From a virus, in the IMG/VR virus record IMGVR_UViG_3300029536_000010, positions 1 through 57,475 of that record: a stretch of 57,475 nucleotides of DNA. One strand, given 5' to 3'. The position numbers were made by a program, and so were the translations under genes. The notes below the pieces were generated by a model that had not been told where the DNA came from, searched no databases, and saw only the letters and a list, made by a program, of their open reading frames with translations. Position 1 is the stretch's first letter; each line of letters starts with the position of its first letter. Shown here piece after piece: positions 17,161 to 26,562 of the stretch.

Positions 17161-17401
17161 CTTCATCGCTCCAATCTAGTTTGCAACCACATGCGCTACA
17201 ATAGTTAACATTTTGATGCTCTGCATCTGTCATTGTCTCTGCTCCACATTGTGCGCACTTACACAGAATGTAATTGAAAAAATTAGGATATTTCCTAAGT
17301 ATAATCGGTTTACATACGCATCTGTGCTCATCCATCACGGAAGCCTTAACTTCCGCAATGATTTCTTGTTTCTCCTGTTCTGTCATGCCTGCACCTCTCA
17401 A
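17141..17401 (-). CDS. Zinc-ribbon-like protein
   Basis: CKCAQCGAET...NYCSACGCKL. Confidence 0.7.
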   Translation of the reverse strand: MRGAGMTEQEKQEIIAEVKASVMDEHRCVCKPIILRKYPNFFNYILCKCAQCGAETMTDAEHQNVNYCSACGCKLDWSDEDENCKR

Positions 17402-17682
17402 TCGTCAAATTTCAATTCGTCTGCCGCTTCCGGCGGTTCTTCTTTTCTCTTCCATTCGTCAAGGTCAAGTAACTGTCCACATTTACTGCAATAGTTGAAG
17501 TCATTTGACACATGGAAGCAATAGCCATCTTCCCGGTCTTTCTTCATGTCCTTGTCGTATGCCGAAAACAAATGCTTTCCGCATACCGGGCAATAATAGC
17601 TGTTAAGATACCCCAGTTGCCCCGGCAATGTTGGGTATTCGCTTTTCTGGTACTTTGGTTTTCTTGCTTTCCTTGCTGCCAC
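17398..17682 (-). CDS. Zinc-ribbon-like protein
   Basis: YYCPVCGKHLF...NYCSKCGQLL. Confidence 0.7.
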   Translation of the reverse strand: MAARKARKPKYQKSEYPTLPGQLGYLNSYYCPVCGKHLFSAYDKDMKKDREDGYCFHVSNDFNYCSKCGQLLDLDEWKRKEEPPEAADELKFDD

Positions 17683-17803
17683 GCTTTATCCCTCCGTTGC
17701 TGCCTTTATCAATCTTTGCTGTATTGTTTCAAAATCCCACCATATCGAAAAGGCTTATCTTCCAGTGTATTCTTCCCTTTCATGTGATTTCTCCTTTTCT
17801 TCA

Positions 17804-18271
17804 TCAGTCCTCATAATTCATTACAATTGTAATTACTTTTACCAGCACTTTCTGAATCTGGTCGTAAATGTGGTGGTCATCACTGCCGAAGTGAGCATAC
17901 AGCCTTGCATCTTCTTTTCCTCTGTCATAGCAATCTTCCATAAACTCAAAGCAGTAAATATCATCTTCCTCAATGATTTCTCCGTTTTCTCTCCATTCAT
18001 AAAGAATACGTCCTTCTACCATTTCGTTTACGATATCATCAGAACACTTGTCACCGTTCAGATGCCTGATACAACAATCAATATATCCTAACTTGTCACA
18101 ATATCTATATTCTTTTGCTGTTTCCTCTGTATAACCTCGGAAAGAATCTTTTATCTGTTCCTCAAAATCTTCCGGAAGATTGAAAATATCTACTTTAATA
18201 CCTCTCGGCAATTTAACCATATAACTTCTCATAATTCGTTCCTTTCTCCTTACTTCATAAACAATATCCAA
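17804..18271 (-). CDS. Hypothetical protein
   Basis: 155 aa ORF in operon. Confidence 0.55.
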   Translation of the reverse strand: MDIVYEVRRKERIMRSYMVKLPRGIKVDIFNLPEDFEEQIKDSFRGYTEETAKEYRYCDKLGYIDCCIRHLNGDKCSDDIVNEMVEGRILYEWRENGEIIEEDDIYCFEFMEDCYDRGKEDARLYAHFGSDDHHIYDQIQKVLVKVITIVMNYED

Positions 18272-18702
18272 CGTGTCTTACCTCTCTGATCTCCGAGAAG
18301 TGGTTCCTTTCCAAACTCTTTCAACACGTCATTCAGTTTTATTTGTTCCTCGTTCCACTTAAAAACCAATATTCCGTCCGGCTCCAACACTCTCATGCAT
18401 TCATCAAATCCGGCTTTCAAATATGGTTTCCAATCTTTCGGTAGAACCCCGTATTTCTTAGCAAGCCATGATTCACTACCGGCTTGTTTTAAATGAGGTG
18501 GGTCAAACACCACAATCTTAAATGTATTGTCCGGAAATGGCATCTCCCGGAAGTCCATTTTTATATCTGGCTTAACTAGAAGTGCTCGCCCATCGCACAA
18601 TGTTGTTTCAAGTTCTCTATTGTCTGCAAATAGAACATCTTGATTCTCTCTGTCAAACCAAAACATCCGACTTCCGCAGCAGGCATCCAATATTTTCTTC
18701 AA
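18250..18702 (-). CDS. SAM-dependent methyltransferase-like protein
   Basis: MKKILDACCGSRMFWFD...FKIVVFDPPHL...GILVFKW: motif I and DPPH. Confidence 0.8.
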   Translation of the reverse strand: MKKILDACCGSRMFWFDRENQDVLFADNRELETTLCDGRALLVKPDIKMDFREMPFPDNTFKIVVFDPPHLKQAGSESWLAKKYGVLPKDWKPYLKAGFDECMRVLEPDGILVFKWNEEQIKLNDVLKEFGKEPLLGDQRGKTRWILFMK

Positions 18703-18730
18703 TTTTTCACCTCTTCTCCTTAAAAAAGCG

Positions 18731-18766
18731 TAAAAAAAATACCAACCACCGAATATTGATGGTTGG
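18731..18766 (-). terminator. Rho-independent terminator
   Basis: Minus CCAACCATCAATATTCGGTGGTTGG then TATTTTTTTT. Confidence 0.8.
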
Positions 18767-18775
18767 CAGATGAAA

Positions 18776-18998
18776 TTATGCTTCTTTATACCGTTTCAAA
18801 TCTGATTCGCCTAGCTTTTCAAAAACAAATCCGCAATCAAGACATATATACCTTTGCGTACCAAACGACATTGTATATGCAGATTCTGTACATGTTACAT
18901 TCCCTTGCTTACTTGTTTTTTTCTGGAATTTGTTTTGTTATAACTGTGTTTCCACTAATTCTTTCGGTATTTTCGCTTTTACAAAATGTACATTTCAT
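18776..18998 (-). pseudogene. Small zinc-ribbon gene split by a frameshift in an A7 run
   Basis: MKCTFCKSENTERISGNTVITKQIPEK then, one base skipped, TSKQGNVTCTESAYTMSFGTQRYICLDCGFVFEKLGESDLKRYKEA. Confidence 0.7.
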
Positions 18999-19195
18999 TG
19001 GCATTTCCTTCCGTATATTTTATACGGAAATTATACCATCCCAACCATCAATATTCAATTGTCAAGGTGCTGTTAGCTGCTATTTTTAGCTGCTACTCTA
19101 TTTTTCTTTGTACTTTTCAAAAATCTTCATCATTTCATGTCATTTAGGAGAAAATGCATTTTTATCTAGCTAGAACTCTTTCTCCTTTCTGTAAT

Positions 19196-19468
19196 TTATT
19201 TAATTTCTAACAATACCGTTGTAAGTTCCAACGTACCATCCGCTTCTATCCATGCGACAGCCAGAAAATCATTGTCGTAGGCACACGAAGAAAAACCATC
19301 TTCAAATCCAATCTTGAACTGTATTCCCTTTTCTTCCAATGCAGATTTAATTTCTTCGTCCATTTCAAAATCATTTCCATCTTCATCTTCACGGTATCTC
19401 GAATAGTATTCGTCACTTTCTCGATAATACTTTTCAATAATTTCTTCTATTATTTTTCTAATCATCAC
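19196..19468 (-). CDS. Hypothetical protein
   Basis: 90 aa ORF, overlaps next by 4 nt. Confidence 0.55.
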   Translation of the reverse strand: MMIRKIIEEIIEKYYRESDEYYSRYREDEDGNDFEMDEEIKSALEEKGIQFKIGFEDGFSSCAYDNDFLAVAWIEADGTLELTTVLLEIK

Positions 19469-19686
19469 TTCACCTCATTCGCTACCAGGAATCCCATCCT
19501 AGCAACATTCCTAAGATTATCCCTAATCAGTGCCTTGTTCGGCTGTCTATGCCTTTCCAGATACTCCCAAATTGATTCATCGTCTCTTTCCGGTTCATTC
19601 GCCAGATAGTCCACGGAATATTCATACTCAGCTTTCGCTACCTGTAAACACTGGATCATGTAATCTGTCTTTTCTCCTGTGTTCAT
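19465..19686 (-). CDS. Hypothetical protein
   Basis: 73 aa ORF in operon. Confidence 0.55.
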   Translation of the reverse strand: MNTGEKTDYMIQCLQVAKAEYEYSVDYLANEPERDDESIWEYLERHRQPNKALIRDNLRNVARMGFLVANEVK

Positions 19687-19690
19687 GGTT

Positions 19691-20269
19691 CTACTCCTTT
19701 ACCAGGCACATTTCTTCGTATACTGCAAAGAATTTTCCCTCATGCTCTTTGTAGTATTCTTTCAAAACCCTTTTCATTGCTTCCTCTTTTACTTCCGTGA
19801 CATCTTCCTCGTATACACATCTTTTCACTTTGCCCGTATCTTCAATCACTCGAACAACGTAAGCAAGCTCAACCTCGATTTCTTTCTTCTCGTGGTCTGC
19901 TTTCTGCTGTTCAAGAACCTTAACCACCTCTGTTGGATTTTCTCTTCTAATACTAACGCATGTTTTTTGTCCATCTATGCATTGAATTGGGCATTTATAG
20001 CATGTAACTTGCTTCATGCATATCTCCGAAAGAATCTCAAGTGCTTCTATCGCGCTCATTTCTTCTACCGGTTCAAACATTTCGTCTGTCCAATAGGCAA
20101 CTTCCATTTCTTCTATTGTATAACTAGTAATTCCTACACCAGAAATTGTTACCGTCTTTCCTACAAACTTTTCCATGCTTTTTGTAAGCATATTACTTCC
20201 ATATATTTCATACGCTTTCAAGTCGCTTCTGACTCTTACCTTATCGCCAACTTTATACCTCATTTTCAC
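19691..20269 (-). CDS. Hypothetical protein with N-terminal SH3/KOW-like 'VGDKVRVRSDL' segment
   Basis: MRYKVGDKVRVRSDLKAYEIYG... Confidence 0.55.
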   Translation of the reverse strand: MKMRYKVGDKVRVRSDLKAYEIYGSNMLTKSMEKFVGKTVTISGVGITSYTIEEMEVAYWTDEMFEPVEEMSAIEALEILSEICMKQVTCYKCPIQCIDGQKTCVSIRRENPTEVVKVLEQQKADHEKKEIEVELAYVVRVIEDTGKVKRCVYEEDVTEVKEEAMKRVLKEYYKEHEGKFFAVYEEMCLVKE

Positions 20270-21407
20270 TCACCTGATCTTTCACACAAATTCCATTGAT
20301 TTTCATATTGCTAATTGGAATCACAACACATTTCTGACCATCAACAACCTGTACATCCAAATAATCTGTGAAATCTGCATTCAGTTCCATCTTTCCCTCT
20401 GCAAATTCCACTTTCAGTTTCTTTGGATTAACAATATTGGTAGCCATAAATTCCGTCTTTTCTCCGGCGTATTCATCGTAAACACGATCAAATTTTTCCA
20501 TTTGTTCATGAAGAACATTGCTTTCTTCAAAAATTTTCCGCATATCGTCCTTACCGATTTTGTACGGCTCTGGATCATTTCCATGTCTGATAAGCTCATT
20601 GTAGATATTCTGGTGGATGTCTTTGACTGTTTCGCAATCAATATTTTCACAGAGGACATTTTCTACGATTCCATTGAACATTTCTTTCTGTTCATCTGCC
20701 GATGCAATCATTCTTGTACCAAGTACGGAATTTATAAACTCTTCTTGAATGTCAGATGGCTTTTTGGTGTAATACAGAATTTCATGCACATCAGTTGACC
20801 GATCATTGAACGCCGGGAAAAGAAATCCCTTATCTGGCTTGTCCACTACCCAATCTCTCATACGCTCCTGCATTTTTTCTTCCTTGTTGTTGTAGGAAAG
20901 TCCAGCCTGTGACAGTTTCACCGGACAAATACTGCAAAGAATAAAATCATATACTTCGTCAGATGCATCCTCCATTGTCTTCCCATCGGTAGACTTCCCA
21001 GGAATATCATAAGTACTGTGAATCAGAATGATGTAGTAGTTTCCCGGATAAACGTAGGATGTCATAACCTGTTCGTAAAATTCGTCCAACAGCGCCGGAT
21101 CTTTCAATCTGGACTCTCTCAGCCCCATAAGCAATTCATGCTCGTATCCCTCTGGATCTCCACTTCTTTCCGTATCTACCATGTACTGCATATTCAGCAG
21201 AGTCTTTCCGATGTTTCCAGATAAGGTTTTTCTGAAAATATCAAAATACTTAAACATTTCTTCTTCCGGAAGTGAAAGAAACGCCTGTTCATCTTCCATT
21301 TTCTTCTCTTTTTCGCCGTCCACATAACAACCGGCGATTCTTGTGATCGTGCAATTTTCCGGCGTGAACTGCTTCTTAATCTCCTGAACTTCTCTTTTAT
21401 TCATCAC
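20253..21407 (-). CDS. DUF4317-like protein
   Basis: MNKREVQEIKKQFTPENCTITRIAGCYVDGEKEKKMEDEQAFLSLPEEEMFKYFDIFRKTLSG... Confidence 0.8.
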   Translation of the reverse strand: MMNKREVQEIKKQFTPENCTITRIAGCYVDGEKEKKMEDEQAFLSLPEEEMFKYFDIFRKTLSGNIGKTLLNMQYMVDTERSGDPEGYEHELLMGLRESRLKDPALLDEFYEQVMTSYVYPGNYYIILIHSTYDIPGKSTDGKTMEDASDEVYDFILCSICPVKLSQAGLSYNNKEEKMQERMRDWVVDKPDKGFLFPAFNDRSTDVHEILYYTKKPSDIQEEFINSVLGTRMIASADEQKEMFNGIVENVLCENIDCETVKDIHQNIYNELIRHGNDPEPYKIGKDDMRKIFEESNVLHEQMEKFDRVYDEYAGEKTEFMATNIVNPKKLKVEFAEGKMELNADFTDYLDVQVVDGQKCVVIPISNMKINGICVKDQVSENEV

Positions 21408-21408
21408 A

Positions 21409-21900
21409 TCAACCCACTTTCTCTTTCTTTGGCTTACCTTGTTCGTATTTATCGCAATCTGTGGCTGAACATCTACGACTTTTCTCGTTTATTCCAATGT
21501 AGTCGCATCTCATGCCGACACTCAAAAAAGCCTTATTTGACATTCTGAAACAACACGATCGGCACAAATGCCTGTCAGAATTGATTCCTTTAGTTTTCGA
21601 TTTGTCTTGAAAACAAATTCCACAATCTTTTAACCATCTTTTTATTGTTTTCTTTGACACGTTATATTTTTTTGCCATCTGTTCCAGTGTTGCACCAGAC
21701 CTGACGCTAAATTCCAAATCTTTTTTGTTGTATTTTCTATGCTGACCACTATTAGGAATATCTCTATCGTTAAACCTGTCCATTTCCAAATCAATGTATT
21801 TATATACTGTTGTTTTAGACACATTTATTTTTTTCGCAATCTCAGATACTCCAATTCCGTTATGAAACATCTGGAAAGCGAGTGAACTATTTGTCATCAA
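21409..21900 (-). CDS. HTH protein with Cys-rich C-terminus
   Basis: GIGVSEIAKKINVSKTTVYKYI and GATLEQMAKKYNVSKKTIKRWLKD, then CRSCCF...CDYIG. Confidence 0.6.
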   Translation of the reverse strand: MMTNSSLAFQMFHNGIGVSEIAKKINVSKTTVYKYIDLEMDRFNDRDIPNSGQHRKYNKKDLEFSVRSGATLEQMAKKYNVSKKTIKRWLKDCGICFQDKSKTKGINSDRHLCRSCCFRMSNKAFLSVGMRCDYIGINEKSRRCSATDCDKYEQGKPKKEKVG

Positions 21901-22558
21901 TAAGTTCTCCTTTCAAATCTTTAATCATACCCTCATAATCAACTGTTAAATCATTGTTTTGTTTGCTGTTGTCGGATTTGTTTATCTTTGCAGACAATAA
22001 TTTATTATTATTTTCTCCCATTAATCCGGAGCAAGCATTTTCATTAACAGCCTTTATAATATCGTTCATGTATGATGGAAGTTTTTTTAATTCAATTTTT
22101 CTTGCAGACTCTATTCTGTATGTCCGCATAAATTGAGAAGAAACAACCGATTCGTTGTAGCTACAGTCCAAAGCCCACGCCCTTAACTGTTCTGGACTTC
22201 CCACTGCTCTTTTTACTGTTCCAGGAAGTTTTTCAAACTCTTCCACAGAGTTGTACCCGCTATTTTTTATGGCTCTGTTTACTAATGACCACGCTTCAAT
22301 TTCATTTAATTCTTTTTTGGAAACAAAATTTTGCATCTTGTCAATCAGTTGTCCAGGAGAAGGTGCAAATCCAGAAGAATCCGACCGAATGTATGCTTTT
22401 AGTGCCAAAGATGCTTGATCGTATGTGCAATCAGATAAGATGTTCGCCCATGTGTTTGCAGCGAAATCTACATCAACAAGCTTAAAATTAGGATATGTAG
22501 CCATCATAATTGCAAACAATTTTTTTACTTCAAGGCTATTCAATAAGACCACCACCAA
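21887..22558 (-). CDS. Replicative helicase loader/inhibitor-like protein (G39P-like)
   Basis: LFAIMMATYPNF...NTWANILSDCTYDQASLALKAYIRSDSSGFAPSPGQLIDKM. Confidence 0.75.
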   Translation of the reverse strand: MVVVLLNSLEVKKLFAIMMATYPNFKLVDVDFAANTWANILSDCTYDQASLALKAYIRSDSSGFAPSPGQLIDKMQNFVSKKELNEIEAWSLVNRAIKNSGYNSVEEFEKLPGTVKRAVGSPEQLRAWALDCSYNESVVSSQFMRTYRIESARKIELKKLPSYMNDIIKAVNENACSGLMGENNNKLLSAKINKSDNSKQNNDLTVDYEGMIKDLKGELIDDK

Positions 22559-23378
22559 TCAAATCTTCTACAATATGTCCAAACTGTCCAGACTGAGTGT
22601 TATCGTTCGGAATTTTCGTACTTGCACCGGAAGTATTAGGTTTGTTATCGTAATTTCCATCGAGTACCTTCGGAAAATTATTTGGCTTAACAAACCAGTC
22701 AAAATTGAACCATCCAGCATTTGCATTTGTTTTGCCTTGTAAAAAATCACTTTGTGCAACCTTTTCGATTGCTTTAAGTACATTGTCAACGCCGTATTCG
22801 CTTATTCTGGCAACCAAACATTTAAACCTAGTGGAATTACTAGACATTCTGGAAACTGGTTTTATTCCGTGTTGTGATAGTGTATTCCAAGCGTCCAAAC
22901 ATCGACGTGCATCCGATATTTTGGAATCAGTTTCTCCGATATATTTATTATTTTTTTCTAAATCTATGTCTATATCTTTACCTTTATCTATATCTGTGGA
23001 AACATTTTGTATACATTCTTGGGTGATGTTATTTTCTGCGAACGTATATGACTTGTTTGTCTTAACTAGGAGCATCTCTCTTTCTTCCTGATATACCGTT
23101 GGTGTATACCTGTCAGATTGAATACAATTGTGCATTTTCCAATGTTTAATTACGATCACGCCATCTTCAAAACACAAAACGAATCTTTTCGCTATCAGAA
23201 GCTTCAAATCATCGTCGCTGCATCCTATCAACCTCACAATTCTCTTTGGATTTCCAACAAATCCATCGTCGTCCGCTCTCATGTTCAGATGAAAATATAA
23301 GCATTGAGTAGATAATGGCATATCGAGAAATGCATCAGAATCTACAACATTCATGTTGAACATTCTTTTTTTAGCCAA
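22536..23378 (-). CDS. Replisome organizer/replication initiation protein
   Basis: MAKKRMFNMNVVDSDAFLDMPLSTQCLYFHLNMRADDDGFVGNPKRIVRLIGCSDDDLKLLIAKRFV... Confidence 0.9.
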   Translation of the reverse strand: MAKKRMFNMNVVDSDAFLDMPLSTQCLYFHLNMRADDDGFVGNPKRIVRLIGCSDDDLKLLIAKRFVLCFEDGVIVIKHWKMHNCIQSDRYTPTVYQEEREMLLVKTNKSYTFAENNITQECIQNVSTDIDKGKDIDIDLEKNNKYIGETDSKISDARRCLDAWNTLSQHGIKPVSRMSSNSTRFKCLVARISEYGVDNVLKAIEKVAQSDFLQGKTNANAGWFNFDWFVKPNNFPKVLDGNYDNKPNTSGASTKIPNDNTQSGQFGHIVEDLIGGGLIE

Positions 23379-23736
23379 CAGCCCTCTCCCCTTTCATGTA
23401 TATCGTTCTTATATCATATTTCTTGTCGCTTGAAAGAAATCCGTTCCACCGGCAATCGGGATAAGGACAATTAAAGCAGTTTGGGTGGCAACATAATTCC
23501 GGTCTTGAATCTTTTTGCGGATTCCTTTTTTCCTTTACTTTCAAATTACATCCGCAACTTACCATGTATCCGTTTGCAACAAGAGAAGCGATTTCCTCTT
23601 TTATTTTTCCACAATCGCATTTGCATAAAAACATCGATTGTGTTTTTCCTGTTGCCGGAAAACGCTTTTTATATACTCTTTCTACAGTAAGATGACCGAA
23701 TCTTTTTCCAATGTATGAATCATCGTATTTATTCAT
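23371..23736 (-). CDS. Phage zinc-binding small protein
   Basis: GKRFGHLTVERVYKK...FLCKCDCG...YMVSCGC...CCHPNCFNCPYPDC. Confidence 0.6.
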   Translation of the reverse strand: MNKYDDSYIGKRFGHLTVERVYKKRFPATGKTQSMFLCKCDCGKIKEEIASLVANGYMVSCGCNLKVKEKRNPQKDSRPELCCHPNCFNCPYPDCRWNGFLSSDKKYDIRTIYMKGERAVG

Positions 23737-24121
23737 CTTCTACCACCTCTACAGTTACCTCTACCCTAGGGTTTTGCCTGTCAACCTCGAAGTATAAAGT
23801 CGGAGTAAGAACGTCGTCATACCCGTCATTACAGATAATTCTGCACTTCTGTAGTGCATCTTCAAATGATTTGATGAACGCTGATGCAGTATTCATACGA
23901 TCGTGCATCTTGTTTTCTACATAAAACCGGTAATGAATGATAATCGGTTTTTCGATTCTTTTACCTTTTAGGTTGCTAAGGTTGATAAACTTCATGCACA
24001 AGGCATCGTTTCTGTTTTTTATGATATTCCGGTACTTCTTCGTCCTGTGATCGTACACCTTACCGGACAAAAGCTCGTTTAAACCACTCTTAAAACCCTT
24101 TACGGTTACATGATATTCCAC
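23729..24121 (-). CDS. rusA: RusA-like Holliday junction resolvase
   Basis: DRMNTASAFIKSFEDALQKCRIICNDGYDDVLTP. Confidence 0.75.
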   Translation of the reverse strand: MEYHVTVKGFKSGLNELLSGKVYDHRTKKYRNIIKNRNDALCMKFINLSNLKGKRIEKPIIIHYRFYVENKMHDRMNTASAFIKSFEDALQKCRIICNDGYDDVLTPTLYFEVDRQNPRVEVTVEVVEDE

Positions 24122-24846
24122 TATTTCTCACCATCCTCAATGTCTGTAATTTCAGCAACAGTATCAACTGCATCTACTTCGTTGTCTTCTTTGAGTACAT
24201 CGTTCAAATTCTTTTTGTTAGATGTCTTATTTGTATAAAAATCGTTATCAAGCATTTCTTCTTTTGTGTACAGACCACTTGTAATCTCAGGGCAGTTAAG
24301 ATTTGCAAAGAAAGACGCTGCTCTGTATCTGAGCATGAGCTGCGGTAATGTTTTCCACTTTGTACCATTCTTTTTAGTCCAACCCTCTGCATCTGCCATA
24401 TCCATTGTTACGTTAATACCGTCAACTCTTCTTCCGTCTTTGGTTGTCCAGCACTTACAAGAATACGGTTTTCCACCTTTTTCAGCTTCCTCGAATTGCA
24501 ATTCCATGTCATATTTCCCAGAATTGTTAATCATTGCAATTAAAAAGCTACTTTTCCATGTCGGTTTTCCTTGTATTACATACAAATTCTGCATTACCAT
24601 TAGCGGGTCAATGTTGAATTTTTGCGCCTGTGATATAGCAATCAGACAGTTTGCATCATTTCGCTGAAAAGTTTGTGGAACAATCGTACTCGAAGAAAGT
24701 GCCTTTGCCATTTGCGTTGCCATAATAAAGTTGTCGGACGTTCCGAAGATTCCAAGGCTATAATCAGTAACCTTGTTGTTGTTTTTGTGTTCAACAGGCT
24801 TCTTTTCTTCCTGTACAGCAACTTCTGTCTGTTTTTTGTCTTCCAT
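24121..24846 (-). CDS. recT: RecT-family single-strand annealing protein
   Basis: NCLIAISQAQKFNIDPLMVMQNLYVIQGKPTWKSSFLIAMIN...TLPQLMLRYRAASFFANLNCPE. Confidence 0.85.
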   Translation of the reverse strand: MEDKKQTEVAVQEEKKPVEHKNNNKVTDYSLGIFGTSDNFIMATQMAKALSSSTIVPQTFQRNDANCLIAISQAQKFNIDPLMVMQNLYVIQGKPTWKSSFLIAMINNSGKYDMELQFEEAEKGGKPYSCKCWTTKDGRRVDGINVTMDMADAEGWTKKNGTKWKTLPQLMLRYRAASFFANLNCPEITSGLYTKEEMLDNDFYTNKTSNKKNLNDVLKEDNEVDAVDTVAEITDIEDGEK

Positions 24847-25695
24847 TTATTCTTCCTCGCTTTCTTCATCATATCCATAAGCTTTCTTCATCCATTCCGG
24901 GAGTCCAAGACTGCTTATTTTAATATCATCCTTAAATCCCATGTACGCAGGAAAATCGTTCTTTTCTAAACACTCCTTATATGTCTCAAGAAGAGAAGCC
25001 CTCACCTCGTTGCCTGATCTCATAAAAAATTCATCTGCTTGTAAAATATTCACGCAATACGGTGGATTTTTTTCTTGCGCTATGAATACAAATTCAAAAT
25101 CAAGTCCGGTATTTGCTTTAAGACCAGCGCAGTAATGTGACGCTTGTATATCATATCCTAGCTTTATGGCATCTCTCATAAACTTCTCTGTTTCTGCGCA
25201 CTGGCAAGTCTTTAGGTCAACGCATATCGGTTGCCCTCCTACTTTTCCAAAGCTATCAGGTCTGCACTTGCACTCGAAACCACTTTCTTTGTCAATCCAA
25301 AAAAAACTTTTTTCGTGCTCTCCGTATATAAGTTTTTTTGCAAATGGAGTGGAATACAAAGCATTTCTCATCGCATCTATTGTTTCGTACATCTCTTCAG
25401 AAATAACTTCTTTTCCTTTGTTTTCCTCAACAAATTCTTCCCATTCTTCTTTACCGGCTTTTGTTCGCCTGTTTACATTTGGAGCTACCGCAAATTCGTT
25501 GTAGAAATCATATGGCTCTAAACAATACTTGTGGTATGCTCGTCCAAACTGTAGAGCCGGAGTATCCTTATTTTCTGGATTGTCATGAAAATATTTGTAA
25601 TGAGCCATGCTCTGCGCCATCCTCTTGATATCAGTAGACGACAAACCAGAATGTGCTCTGTATTCGCTCTGTGGCATTACTATTCCTGTCTGCAT
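24847..25695 (-). CDS. PD-(D/E)XK exonuclease, RecE/YqaJ-like
   Basis: GLSSTDIKRMAQSMAHYKYF...ALQFGRAYHKYCLEP...CKCRPDSF...CVDLKTCQCA. Confidence 0.85.
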   Translation of the reverse strand: MQTGIVMPQSEYRAHSGLSSTDIKRMAQSMAHYKYFHDNPENKDTPALQFGRAYHKYCLEPYDFYNEFAVAPNVNRRTKAGKEEWEEFVEENKGKEVISEEMYETIDAMRNALYSTPFAKKLIYGEHEKSFFWIDKESGFECKCRPDSFGKVGGQPICVDLKTCQCAETEKFMRDAIKLGYDIQASHYCAGLKANTGLDFEFVFIAQEKNPPYCVNILQADEFFMRSGNEVRASLLETYKECLEKNDFPAYMGFKDDIKISSLGLPEWMKKAYGYDEESEEE

Positions 25696-25874
25696 TATTT
25701 CTTCTCCTCCACATCAACTCCGCAGATCAGCGCAACTAATTCTCTATCTGGAAAACTTTCATTATCCAGATATGTTTTCATCTGCTTTCTTATAATATTT
25801 GTCTCATTTGCTTTCTCCATGATTTTGAAAAGCAATTGAATAGGAAGTGTTACGTTAATTCCTTCTAAATTCAT
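25695..25874 (-). CDS. Small hypothetical protein (59 aa, missed by the ORF track)
   Basis: My translation begins MNLEGINVTLPIQLLFKIMEKANETNIIRKQMKTYLDNESFPDRELVALICGVDV. Confidence 0.6.
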   Translation of the reverse strand: MNLEGINVTLPIQLLFKIMEKANETNIIRKQMKTYLDNESFPDRELVALICGVDVEEKK

Positions 25875-26053
25875 AGCATTCTCCTTAACCTTTCATTCAG
25901 ACATTCGTCGCACCATTTTTCGCCCAATATGTCTGTTATGTATTCTCCTTCATAAACAGGTTCTCCGCATATGTCACAATAATCAGACGGTTCCTGTTCA
26001 TCTGGTAATCTAGTTTTCCAGTTATCATAATTAGGTATTTCCATTAGAATCAC
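25871..26053 (-). CDS. Small zinc-binding protein
   Basis: CDICGEPVYEGEYITDILGEKWCDECL. Confidence 0.65.
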   Translation of the reverse strand: MILMEIPNYDNWKTRLPDEQEPSDYCDICGEPVYEGEYITDILGEKWCDECLNERLRRML

Positions 26054-26219
26054 CTTTCGTTTTAACTGTCTTTATTCCAAGCTCGTCCAACCTGTCAGCA
26101 CAATTTTTCAAGTAAGAGATAGCTTGCGATTTGTTGTACTCGAATTTTTCATCCACTCTTTCGAGCGACTCCAATTCCTCAATTATTCTGTCAAATTTGG
26201 ATGTCCTCATATTATTCAC
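26031..26219 (-). CDS. Small hypothetical protein
   Basis: 62 aa ORF in operon. Confidence 0.5.
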   Translation of the reverse strand: MNNMRTSKFDRIIEELESLERVDEKFEYNKSQAISYLKNCADRLDELGIKTVKTKGDSNGNT

Positions 26220-26222
26220 TTC

Positions 26223-26372
26223 CTATCTGTAGCCAAACGCAAAATACATTGCACACATCAATGTAGCCATCAAGATTGGTACTATAGCAGCTGCGATACC
26301 ACCAAGGTTTTCATCAACTTCCTGTACTCGTTCGGCTCTTTTCAACAGCCTAAGATATTCCCTATATCGCAT
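26223..26372 (-). CDS. Small membrane protein (49 aa, missed by the ORF track)
   Basis: My translation: MRYREYLRLLKRAERVQEVDENLGGIAAAIVPILMATLMCAMYFAFGYR. Confidence 0.55.
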   Translation of the reverse strand: MRYREYLRLLKRAERVQEVDENLGGIAAAIVPILMATLMCAMYFAFGYR

Positions 26373-26538
26373 AGCTTTTTCTCCTGTACTTATCAAGAAA
26401 TTTCAGTTTTCCGCTTTTTTTGTTGATAATTTTCAGATAACTTTCCGACTCGCTGACAACTGACCAATCCTTGCAATTTAAGTTGTACGACGACATACAT
26501 TCCTTTTGCCACCTAACCGGTTTTTTTGGTTGTTTCAT
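26362..26538 (-). CDS. Small hypothetical protein (58 aa, missed by the ORF track)
   Basis: My translation: MKQPKKPVRWQKECMSSYNLNCKDWSVVSESESYLKIINKKSGKLKFLDKYRRKSYAI; AGGAG Shine-Dalgarno. Confidence 0.55.
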   Translation of the reverse strand: MKQPKKPVRWQKECMSSYNLNCKDWSVVSESESYLKIINKKSGKLKFLDKYRRKSYAI

Positions 26539-26562
26539 TTTTCTCCTTTCTGCGATATAATG

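Noticed and set aside
18900-18925. Programmed -1 frameshift at the A7 run (A_AAA_AAC)
   Set aside because: The downstream half is in the +1 frame; the -1 frame meets TAA quickly, so indel or sequencing error is more likely.
26223-26372. Apparent frameshift in the small membrane gene
   Set aside because: Checking against the overlapping plus-strand ORF in the track (26124..26426) showed four T bases and an intact reading frame.
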